NCBI GenBank assembly: GCA_041492345.1
Contig: JBGPWS010000001.1
Location: forward strand, 1-47,992
Direction of reading: 5' to 3'
Origin: Pyrinomonadaceae bacterium
Lineage (GTDB): Bacteria > Acidobacteriota > Blastocatellia > Pyrinomonadales > Pyrinomonadaceae
DNA length: 47,992 nt
How positions within the stretch are numbered: the first letter of the stretch is position 1; every line of letters begins with the position of its first letter. Below, piece after piece: positions 36,101 through 43,958 of the stretch. The notes under the pieces are model-generated. The model was not told the origin of the DNA and did not search any database. It was given only the letters and a program-made list of their open reading frames with translations. Position numbers and translations under genes: made by a program.

Positions 36101-36125
36101 AGCGTTTCCTTTGACCCTAAATCGG

Positions 36126-37403
36126 CTAAGGATTATGTGGCGATGGTGATTGTTCCGGGCCTGCTCCTGCGCCTTTCCCCGGCTCGGGCTGCTTGGGAAG
36201 CTTTAGGAATCCGTAAATGATCGGAATGCCACCGAGGGTGCCCACGAGTGCTGTAAGGAATAGCACTTTTGGATCCCAGGCCGAATAAGAATTCTGATCG
36301 TCCAGAACCACTATCTTAAGATTTGCAAACAAGGCAATAAGACAGACCAAAATGCCGCTGCCAAAAGTGGTTGCCGCAAAAATGGCTTGTTGGCGTTTTG
36401 TAATCAGCCCAGCCTTGCGGAGCCGGCGCAAATCAATCCGGATGACTGTTCCGGCGATTACGCCAATGAGCAGCGTGATCGCCAACACCAAAATGTTTGG
36501 CTTGACCTGCAGATATATTACTGCCTGTGTGGAATAAGGGCGGCCATATTCGTCCTCATATCTGATCGTCGCGGTAAGCTGAGGAGACTTACCAAACCCA
36601 CTGAAGATTCTGGGTAGAGATATCGGTTGGGCACGTAAGACCAGTTTGGTCACTTGCTCCGAGTCGTCAGCCGCGATGCTCTGGGGATCCATGGCTACTT
36701 CATCGGCCACCAGATCCGGTGGATCTGAACTTGTGATTGTGACCTGCCCATGTTGGAGCTTATATGGAAGCCGGTTACGGAAGACCAGTTTCAGCGGTGA
36801 ACAATTTGACCCAGTCCAGCAGTCCACGGATCTTTGAGATTCCTTTAAGACTTCCAGTGCTCCATTGGGCGCGGAAGCAATTGGTAAAACAAAATGAAGC
36901 TTACCGGTGTCGTTTCCAGACGTGATGGTTACGTCGATAGTGTACTTCTCGGGCCTTGCGACGTTTTGGATTCTCACCTTACTTACAAACTCTCTACTTG
37001 AACTCGATTGGCCTGCGGGCCCTTCCGGTCCTTGTGGCTCCGGTTTCTCAATGATCAGTCCGGGGTAATCTCCGGGATTGTTAACGGTCAAATCCACGCT
37101 ACTAAGGTTCTTACCCGGCCGTTTTGTAAAACTCAGAATGGTTAGATTTAACGCATTCGGCTGGCCGTCTGGCCTTGCGCGAAGCTGCTTATAATCAGCT
37201 TTGAAACAAAGTCGAAACTCGCGATCATTAACGTACGCAGGTTCACTGTCTCCATCGTCGCAGCGCGCGTCGGCGATCCAGGCATGATCCGTTGCCGGCT
37301 CATCGGGACTTATCTGTGGAAGTCGCTGGGCCAGAGTCGGACACGGCACGAAGAGGGAACTTGCAGCGAGAAATAGCAATATGTGTGGAACCCTCAGACT
37401 CAT
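36126..37403 (-). CDS. Secreted/membrane protein, beta-rich ectodomain plus 3 C-terminal TM helices, function unknown
   Basis: ATG 37403 (MSLRVPHILLFLAASSLFVPCPTLAQ signal). C-terminal hydrophobic helices and a P/G-rich tail. Lies 25 nt upstream of the TPR-like gene. Confidence 0.55.
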   Translation of the reverse strand: MSLRVPHILLFLAASSLFVPCPTLAQRLPQISPDEPATDHAWIADARCDDGDSEPAYVNDREFRLCFKADYKQLRARPDGQPNALNLTILSFTKRPGKNLSSVDLTVNNPGDYPGLIIEKPEPQGPEGPAGQSSSSREFVSKVRIQNVARPEKYTIDVTITSGNDTGKLHFVLPIASAPNGALEVLKESQRSVDCWTGSNCSPLKLVFRNRLPYKLQHGQVTITSSDPPDLVADEVAMDPQSIAADDSEQVTKLVLRAQPISLPRIFSGFGKSPQLTATIRYEDEYGRPYSTQAVIYLQVKPNILVLAITLLIGVIAGTVIRIDLRRLRKAGLITKRQQAIFAATTFGSGILVCLIALFANLKIVVLDDQNSYSAWDPKVLFLTALVGTLGGIPIIYGFLKLPKQPEPGKGAGAGPEQSPSPHNP

Positions 37404-37717
37404 ATAGGGCACCAAACGTTTTTGTCTGCCGAGCTAGGATGAAAGAATAGGCTGGTCAGCGAGTTTGCAAGGAAGCAGAGGCTCAGGAGAACTCAGCCTT
37501 TACAAGAACGGCGAGACGATACTACGGGTCTTGAGAGTTGTCAATATTTTCGGCCTCGAGCTAGTGCTCCGCACTAACGGAGCACTACCGGCTTCGATAA
37601 AGAGTCGTGTTTCTTAAGCTCGCGTGTACTTCTCGAACAACTTCGCAACCTTCCGCCGTATGAAAGGCTGTGCGTGAAAACCCTCCTCACGTCGCGCTCA
37701 GATCCTGGAAACCTGAA

Positions 37718-39166
37718 TCAGCTCCGGCGTGAATACAAACTCACAATCCTCTCGATCGCCCGTCGACACACGGCACAGAAGTGGTTCGTGCGGGTGAACA
37801 TGATGCAGTCGACTTCGGGCCGGTAATAACCCTTCGCTTCGTAGATCGCGCCTTCGAAGGCGCCCACGCGGCCGTAGTATTTATCTTGCCGGAACATCGC
37901 CTGTTCGTGTTGTAGCTCTTCGCGGAACAGTGCTTCCATCACGCTCTCTGGAAGTTTCTGTTTACGAATCTCCGCCCGCCGCTTTTGAATCTCACGCGAG
38001 TACTTTTCAAACTCTTCTTTATTCCAGGGCGTGGGCACCGGCGTGTCCGGAGAGACCAGATCCTTCCATTTAAGCGTGGCACGCGCATCCTGCGCGTGTT
38101 TAGGATCCACGGGCGGGACGCCCGTGCCACCGAGTAACGCCGTTGCGTTCGGCTCCCAGGATTCGACGCGTTCAGTTGCGGGCGCGTACGCGACGGAAGA
38201 TGTGTAGTACTCGTCGGCGAGACCGGCGAAGTGATGGCCGAACTCGTGCACGAAAACGTAATTCGCGAAAGCGTTATCCACCGCGACCGTGCTGTAGAGA
38301 TTAAAAATTCCGCCGCCGCCGTAGGTGCGATTGTTGGCGAGAATCTCGACGAATTCGTAGGGAGCGAACTGGGCGACTTTGCGGAGTGCGCGGTTGTCGA
38401 ATGAAAGCACGTACCTTTCGGAACCAAACGCATCGTAGGTTGCCAGCGAGTCACGATAGACGCCGGTCGAGGGTCGCGAGATGCCCGACTCAGCGGCCGC
38501 TGGACAAAGTCCCCACACGTTGAAGTCGGCACGGTGCTCTTTGAAAGGTGAGGTCGCAAACAGCACTTCAGTCAGGCGACGCGCGTCGGCTGCGAACTTC
38601 CTGGTTTCGGCTTTTGTGTAACCGTCCCCAAGCAACAACAGATCGACTTTTGTCGCGGGGTCACCCATCTTTTGGATCGGGATCAAGGGCGCGGGCGCCG
38701 CGGGTTTCGCACGATCGATGAACATGTCGCCGGGATCAATTGCAGTCGTCCACACATCGCGCCAGTTGTTCTGGGCATCGCGCTTTTTCAAAACGATGTT
38801 TACGGGCGCGTCCGGCGCGGGAAAGCGCAGGGACTCGCTGAACGTGCGCATGATCGTTTTGGCTTCGTCGGTCGTCTCCCACTCGCCGTAGATGGACGCG
38901 AACCCACGCGAGTAAAGCGCTCGGCCGCTCTTCTGATCACGTACTTCGAAAAAATACTTACCGAGGTTAGTGCTGTCGATTGCTTTGCTCAGGTCACCCG
39001 GCCAGGGCAACGGTTCGATGACTAGTCGGTCGACACTGAAGAGTTCCTGCTTCGCATCACCAGTGTGGTAATAGTCGAGCCGCATAGTAGCCGGTGCGGC
39101 AAAGGCCGTGGCCGTCAAAAGCAGGATGGCCAAGAGGGTGAGTAGCGAAGGCGTTTTCTTGATCAT
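37718..39166 (-). CDS. Peptidase M64 (IgA-peptidase-like) zinc metalloprotease, secreted
   Basis: ATG 39166 gives the signal peptide MIKKTPSLLTLLAILLLTATAFA. Has the 'VHEFGHHFAGLADEYY' HExxH motif and the C-terminal 'CIMF...FCAVC' typical of M64. Confidence 0.85.
   Translation of the reverse strand: MIKKTPSLLTLLAILLLTATAFAAPATMRLDYYHTGDAKQELFSVDRLVIEPLPWPGDLSKAIDSTNLGKYFFEVRDQKSGRALYSRGFASIYGEWETTDEAKTIMRTFSESLRFPAPDAPVNIVLKKRDAQNNWRDVWTTAIDPGDMFIDRAKPAAPAPLIPIQKMGDPATKVDLLLLGDGYTKAETRKFAADARRLTEVLFATSPFKEHRADFNVWGLCPAAAESGISRPSTGVYRDSLATYDAFGSERYVLSFDNRALRKVAQFAPYEFVEILANNRTYGGGGIFNLYSTVAVDNAFANYVFVHEFGHHFAGLADEYYTSSVAYAPATERVESWEPNATALLGGTGVPPVDPKHAQDARATLKWKDLVSPDTPVPTPWNKEEFEKYSREIQKRRAEIRKQKLPESVMEALFREELQHEQAMFRQDKYYGRVGAFEGAIYEAKGYYRPEVDCIMFTRTNHFCAVCRRAIERIVSLYSRRS
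38079..38130. repeat. Double GC-rich hairpin element lying inside the M64 peptidase ORF
   Basis: ACGCGCA-TCC-TGCGCGT (38081-38097) and CACGGGCG-GGA-CGCCCGTG (38108-38126). The element is bounded by GTGGCAC...GTGCCAC and encodes GTGVPPVDPKHAQDARAT. Confidence 0.75.
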
Positions 39167-39287
39167 AATTGCAAAGATAGCCGAAAAGAGGTTTCGCACA
39201 AAGGCGCGAAGGCGGCAGGATTCAAGCGAAGCCGATCCCGGATTCAGGTACCGTAGTTTGAAAATCCGTTGATGCTTCCTTGCCTAC

Positions 39288-39525
39288 AGCCGTCTTCAGA
39301 CGGCTTTCCCGAAGGGTTGATAGACCAGCGCTTTTTAGCGCTGGGGCAGCCGAGCACGCTGACCATTAGCGCGCTTCCAGCGTGCTTTGAAATACAGCTT
39401 TAGCCTCACGGCTAAAGCCTCAGACATAAGCCCGTTGAAACGGGCTCTAGAATTCCGGCGCGTCCCGACCCGGGCGTCAAACGCCCGGTCTATTAACCCT
39501 GCGGGAAAGCCGCCTGAACGCGGCT
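39288..39525. repeat. Hairpin array bounded by 39-nt inverted repeats (MITE-like composite)
   Basis: The arms 39288-39326 and 39487-39525 are reverse complements (34/39). Eight stem-loops in all: one inside each terminal arm plus five interior hairpins at 39325-39344, 39353-39386, 39397-39418, 39429-39446 and 39467-39490 and the arm-to-arm pairing. Confidence 0.8.
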
Positions 39526-39621
39526 AAAGAATGTTCGGCCCTATCTGCCGCCGACCTCATGCCCCGCCAATATTGGAGTTACAAACTGAAGCAGCAGTAC
39601 CAGGATCTACGTAACCCCTAT

Positions 39622-40047
39622 CTAGAGTTCAGTCGCTGGATTCAAAAAGAACTCCTCGAATATCTCCTCGACCTCGGCTGCACTTTGATATTCGCGAACA
39701 GTCACTCGATTACTGCCGGCAATCAATGCGGAGAGAGTCCGGCCGGCGCTTGGTCGAGACAAACACAGTACTCGTTTGTCCCATTCAGTTGCCTTCGCAA
39801 TTTCAAAACCGACGCCCAGGCTTGGCGTCGTCACTTCAGCGACCAGACAGTCTGCCTCTTTCAGCCACCTAAGGTCTCGATCATGAATCATGCGATCGTC
39901 GGTTGATTCGCCGAGCGAAGTTAAATGTCCGTCGGCGACATGCTCGGTGAGAACCGTGCCGTATGCTTGCAGTAGTTCGACCAGTTCAAGATAAAGCGCA
40001 GCATCTTCTCGCCCACCACGAATCGCACCAGCAAAATAAATCTTCAT
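39622..40047 (-). CDS. 2'-deoxynucleoside 5'-phosphate N-hydrolase (DNPH1/Rcl-like, nucleoside 2-deoxyribosyltransferase fold)
   Basis: 'MKIYFAGAIRGGRED', 'GTVLTEHVA', 'IHDRDLRWLKEADCLVAEVTTPSLGVGFEI' and 'KRVLCL' are collinear with DNPH1. Confidence 0.85.
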   Translation of the reverse strand: MKIYFAGAIRGGREDAALYLELVELLQAYGTVLTEHVADGHLTSLGESTDDRMIHDRDLRWLKEADCLVAEVTTPSLGVGFEIAKATEWDKRVLCLSRPSAGRTLSALIAGSNRVTVREYQSAAEVEEIFEEFFLNPATEL

Positions 40048-40071
40048 TTCAGACCCCCACCCGGGATCGGT

Positions 40072-41799
40072 CTATCGCACGACCATCCACGTAAACACGT
40101 ACGCCTGGAGCAAGACCAGCACGCCGACCAGCGTGGCCAGAGCCAGGCTATGAAAGAAAACGTAGCGCAGAATATCTCCTTCGTGACCGTACCAACGCGT
40201 CGCGGTGCTGGCCACGACAATCGATTGCGCGTCGATCATTTTTCCCATCACGCCGCCGGAGCTGTTGGCCGCACCCATTAAGATCGGACTGAGGCCCAGT
40301 TGCGTAGCGGTGATCTTTTGCAGGCTGCCGAAGAGAACGTTGGAAGACGTGTCAGAGCCGGTCAACGCCACGCCGAGCCAACCCAGCATCGTGCCAAAGA
40401 AAGGATAGAACCAGCCGGTCTTAGCGAACGCCAGACCAAGCGTGGCATCCATTCCCGAGTACCTGGTCGTAAATCCGATCGCCATCATGGCGGCAATGGT
40501 CAGCAGCGAATAGCGCACCAGCTTGAGCGTCTTCCAGTAAACCCGCAGCAGCCCGCGAATCGAATAGCCCATCGCGAGGCCGGCAATGATCGAGGCAAAC
40601 AGAATCCCACTGCCCGAGGCTGATAAGAAATTGAAGTTGAAGACGGCATTTTCCGCCGCGGGCTTCGCTACCACCGGAGGCATGCGCAGGACCAGTTTAT
40701 CGAGACTGTGAATAGGAATCTTCGGCGCTGAGATCCCGTCGAGGAATGACTTTGTCTGCGGCAAACCCCAAACGAAAACAACGACGCTGAGAATTATCCA
40801 GGGCAACCAGGCGCGGAACATTTCGGATTTCGAATTTCGGATCGTATCAGAAGCCCGCGCGTCAGCAAGGGCATCATTCGAAATAGCCCTCTCTGACGGT
40901 CGGGCTTCTGACACTCTTCGGGATTCTTCCGCAGGATCAACCCGGTCGCTATCGCTCCCGGTTCTGACTTCAAATCGCCAAATGCGTTTCGGCTGCCAGA
41001 ACTTCAGGAACGTCGCCAGCGATGCGATGGAAACGATCGCTGCGACCACGTCGACTAACCATGGGCCATGGAAGTTGGACACGAGAAACTGTGGAATCGC
41101 GAAGCACACGCCGGCAACCAGAATGGCGGGCCAGATTTCCAGCATCCCGCGGAAACCTGCAAATGCCCAGATCAACCAGAACGGAACCAGCAGTGAAAAG
41201 AACGGAAGCTGGCGTCCGACCATAGCGCTCAATTGTTTCAGGTCGAGTCCGGTCACGCCCTGCAGACCAATCAACGGCGCGCCCAATGCCCCGAAAGCTA
41301 CCGGCGCGGTGTTGGCGATCAGGGACAGGCCCGAGGCCGACAGCGGAGTAAATCCCAGCCCGATCAGAATTGCACCAGTTACCGCGACCGGGGTCCCGAA
41401 TCCGCAAGCGCCTTCGATGAAAGCGCCGAAGCTGAACGCCACGAGCAGCAATTGCAGCCGGCGGTCCTCAGTCAGTCCGGTAATGCTGTGCCGTAAGCGC
41501 TCGAACAGTCCGCACTCGTTCGTCAACTGATAAAGAAAAATCACGTTGAGGACGATCCAGCCGATCGGAAACAGACCATACCCTGCCCCATAAGCCGCGC
41601 TGGCCAGAATCATCACGCTCGGCATGCGGAACACCGCGACTGCAACAATCAAAGAAGTGGCCAGCCCGAGCATGGCCGCGTAGTGCGCTTTGATTCGAAA
41701 TACCCCGAGACTTCCGAGCAAGACCAGTATCGGCAGCGCCGCCAGTGCGGTCGAGCAGACGACGTTGCCCAACGGATCGTAAACTTGCGACCAGGTCAT
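40072..41799 (-). CDS. lctP: L-lactate/glycolate permease (LctP family)
   Basis: N-terminus '[24 protein letters not shown]'. Collinear with LldP except for a longer central loop (see 40847-40911). Confidence 0.9.
   Translation of the reverse strand: MTWSQVYDPLGNVVCSTALAALPILVLLGSLGVFRIKAHYAAMLGLATSLIVAVAVFRMPSVMILASAAYGAGYGLFPIGWIVLNVIFLYQLTNECGLFERLRHSITGLTEDRRLQLLLVAFSFGAFIEGACGFGTPVAVTGAILIGLGFTPLSASGLSLIANTAPVAFGALGAPLIGLQGVTGLDLKQLSAMVGRQLPFFSLLVPFWLIWAFAGFRGMLEIWPAILVAGVCFAIPQFLVSNFHGPWLVDVVAAIVSIASLATFLKFWQPKRIWRFEVRTGSDSDRVDPAEESRRVSEARPSERAISNDALADARASDTIRNSKSEMFRAWLPWIILSVVVFVWGLPQTKSFLDGISAPKIPIHSLDKLVLRMPPVVAKPAAENAVFNFNFLSASGSGILFASIIAGLAMGYSIRGLLRVYWKTLKLVRYSLLTIAAMMAIGFTTRYSGMDATLGLAFAKTGWFYPFFGTMLGWLGVALTGSDTSSNVLFGSLQKITATQLGLSPILMGAANSSGGVMGKMIDAQSIVVASTATRWYGHEGDILRYVFFHSLALATLVGVLVLLQAYVFTWMVVR
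40847..40911. repeat. 65-nt imperfect palindrome inside the lactate permease ORF
   Basis: Stems TCAGAAGCCCG/CGGGCTTCTGA, CGTCAG/CTGACG and AGGGC/GCCCT (22 bp in total). It encodes ..[22 protein letters not shown].. in the central cytoplasmic loop. Confidence 0.8.
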
Positions 41800-41853
41800 G
41801 GATGCAGTCTGTTGCTCAAAGGAGCTTGGAAAGCGCTAGAGTTTCTCCTGACT

Positions 41854-41950
41854 CCCTCTCCCTTTGGGAGAGGGTTGGGGAGAGGGCGTTAGTGTCGACC
41901 CGCCACAGCTATGCCCCTCTTCCCCGGCCCTTCTCCCAGAGGGAGAAGAG
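41854..41950. repeat. Inverted pair of GGGAGAGGG-type hairpin units (locus B)
   Basis: CCCTCTCCC-TTT-GGGAGAGGGTTGGGGAGAGGGCG (41854-41888) and, inverted, GCCCCTCTTCCCCGGCCCTTCTCCC-AGA-GGGAGAAG (41913-41950). Confidence 0.85.
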
Positions 41951-41975
41951 AGCTGATTCAATAACGGCGTGTCGC

Positions 41976-42428
41976 TTAACTCGACCGGATCATTATCCCA
42001 GCGTCTTGAAGAGAAGTCTCGACAAAAATTTTTGCCTCGTCGCCATGAATGACAATGCGACGTTCCGAGTCTGCGGCAAAAAACTCGACCGTGGTGATCA
42101 AGCATTCGACCGGCGAGCCGGTGAAGCGCTTCAAGCCGCCGGCATCGCCACCTTCGCTCAGTAGAAGTTGGGCGTCGAAAGCCAGTTCGGTTTTGTCGGC
42201 GACTGTTAATTCGGCGGCATCCAATTCTGAAATCGCCACGCCCTGAGGCAAAAGGTTCATCTCTCCGTCGAGATAAATCGTCCAGAGAAATCCGATATCA
42301 AGGAGCAAGTGGGCCGCTTCGCCGGCGATAAACCACCCCAGTACGGTCGCGCCCAACACGTGCGCGATGACGTGGTCCTGATGCTTCGTGGTTTCGCATT
42401 CAGTCCAATCTGAAGAATTGTGATCCAT
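41976..42428 (-). CDS. Hypothetical protein (150 aa)
   Basis: ATG 42428. No recognisable motif. The gene is bracketed by repeat loci B and C. Confidence 0.5.
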   Translation of the reverse strand: MDHNSSDWTECETTKHQDHVIAHVLGATVLGWFIAGEAAHLLLDIGFLWTIYLDGEMNLLPQGVAISELDAAELTVADKTELAFDAQLLLSEGGDAGGLKRFTGSPVECLITTVEFFAADSERRIVIHGDEAKIFVETSLQDAGIMIRSS

Positions 42429-42462
42429 GATCTAGAAACCCAGTTTTCCCTCCTGCTTATCT

Positions 42463-42560
42463 CCCTTCTCCCTCTGGGAGAAGGGCAGGGGAAGAGGGGC
42501 GTAGCTGGAGCGGCGCGATACTCAAGCCCTCTCCCCGACCCTCTCCCAAGGGGAGAGGGA
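42463..42560. repeat. Inverted pair of GGGAGAGGG-type hairpin units (locus C)
   Basis: CCCTTCTCCC-TCT-GGGAGAAGGGCAGGGGAAGAGGGGCG and GCCCTCTCCCCGACCCTCTCCC-AAG-GGGAGAGGGA. Confidence 0.85.
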
Positions 42561-42604
42561 GTTTCCTGCTACCTGCCGATTGCCTCCTGCTGTCTGTCTC
42601 TTCC

Positions 42605-43867
42605 TCACTTCATTTCATATCTTCGCAGATTCTTGGCCGCAACGAGCGCGATTGTAGCCGCGATCAGACACCCGAGGCCGCCGGTGACGACTGATAATGG
42701 CGCGCCGATTAACGCTGCTACGGTGCCTGCTTCAACTTCTCCCAACTGCGGACCGCCCATGAAAAAGATCATATTGATGGAAGTCATGCGGCCGCGCAAA
42801 TTGTTCGGCGTGGCCAGTTGGCGGATAGTATGACGCAGGATCGTGCTTACTGTGTCTGCGGCTCCCATCACCGCCAGCGTCAACAGCGAAAACCAAAAGA
42901 CCCGCGACAAACCAAATGCGATCGTGGCCGCGCCAAACACAGCGACCGACAGAATCACGATCAGGCCCTGCCTTTTCAATGTCCCCAGACGCGCCATCAC
43001 GAGTCCTGAGACTACAGCTCCTCCAGCTGGGGCCGCGGTCAGAAATCCGTAGCCTTGCGCCCCAACTCGCAAAATGTCTGTGGCAAAGATTGGGAGCAAC
43101 TGATTTGCCGAGGCGAAGAAAGTGGCGACAAAATCCAGTGTCATCGTCTGAACGATGATCGGAGTGCGCCAAACGAAACGCAGGCCTTCAACCAGCGCCT
43201 CGAGACTGATTCGGGGCGCCTGGCTTTTGTTTTTCTCTGGCCGCCCGCTGGCGCGCATTAGCGCGAGGCCGAGAATCACGGCCACGAAAGACCCGGCGTT
43301 GATCGCGTAGACCAATCCAGGGCCGTGACTCGCCAAAAGAAATCCGGCCAACGGTGGCCCAATGATTAATCCTATTTGAAACATCAGCATGCTCAGGCTG
43401 ACGGCGTTGGGGAAATCTTTGACCGGCACCAGAGTCGGCACTAGCGCTTGTCGCGCCGGCGTATCAAACGCCCACGCCGCCGAAGCAATTGCGGTCAGGA
43501 GAAAAATTGGCCAGACGTGCTCAAGTCCCTTAGACGTTACCAGCGCCAGCGTCGCACTGCATGCGAGCATCACCGTCTGAGTCGCCATCATCAGACGCCG
43601 CCGATCCATTACGTCGGCCACGACTCCGCCCATCAGGGAACATAAGATGATTGGAACCGCGCGGCACGCCCCAACCAGTCCCAGCGCCAGCGCCGAATGG
43701 GTAAGCAGGTAAATGTGCCAGTTGATCGCCGCCAACTGCATCTGTGATCCGGTGACCGAAACAATCTGGCCCATCCACAGCAGCCGAAAATCGCGATGAC
43801 GAAGTGACGAGAAGGCTGTCTGGCGCTCAGGCGCGCTGGTGAGTTTTGCAGGATCGATCGTAGGCAT
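42605..43867 (-). CDS. MFS transporter (EntS/MFS_3-like exporter)
   Basis: 'FRLLWMGQIVSVTGSQMQ' N-terminal signature of the enterobactin-exporter-like subfamily. 12 TM. Confidence 0.85.
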   Translation of the reverse strand: MPTIDPAKLTSAPERQTAFSSLRHRDFRLLWMGQIVSVTGSQMQLAAINWHIYLLTHSALALGLVGACRAVPIILCSLMGGVVADVMDRRRLMMATQTVMLACSATLALVTSKGLEHVWPIFLLTAIASAAWAFDTPARQALVPTLVPVKDFPNAVSLSMLMFQIGLIIGPPLAGFLLASHGPGLVYAINAGSFVAVILGLALMRASGRPEKNKSQAPRISLEALVEGLRFVWRTPIIVQTMTLDFVATFFASANQLLPIFATDILRVGAQGYGFLTAAPAGGAVVSGLVMARLGTLKRQGLIVILSVAVFGAATIAFGLSRVFWFSLLTLAVMGAADTVSTILRHTIRQLATPNNLRGRMTSINMIFFMGGPQLGEVEAGTVAALIGAPLSVVTGGLGCLIAATIALVAAKNLRRYEMK

Positions 43868-43958
43868 CAGTTGATGCCCTATTTATAACTCATGATCGAT
43901 GTAGGGCGTGAGAGGCACTCGCTTACTGCCAGGGAAGTCCGCAATCCTGACCGAGCGC

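Noticed and set aside
37562-37587. 10-bp hairpin TAGTGCTCCG-CACTAA-CGGAGCACTA as a terminator of the M64 gene
   Set aside because: There is no U-tract on either strand after the stem, and it lies 130 nt past the stop. It is probably another isolated repeat hairpin.
39261-39272. 12-nt identity (AAAATCCGTTGA) with the tRNA-like part of the direct repeats
   Set aside because: About one such 12-mer match between a 216-bp query and both strands of 48 kb is expected by chance. The flanks do not extend the match.
39288-39525. CRISPR array
   Set aside because: The hairpins are not identical direct repeats with regular spacers. The region is organised as inverted repeats, and there are no cas genes in the window.
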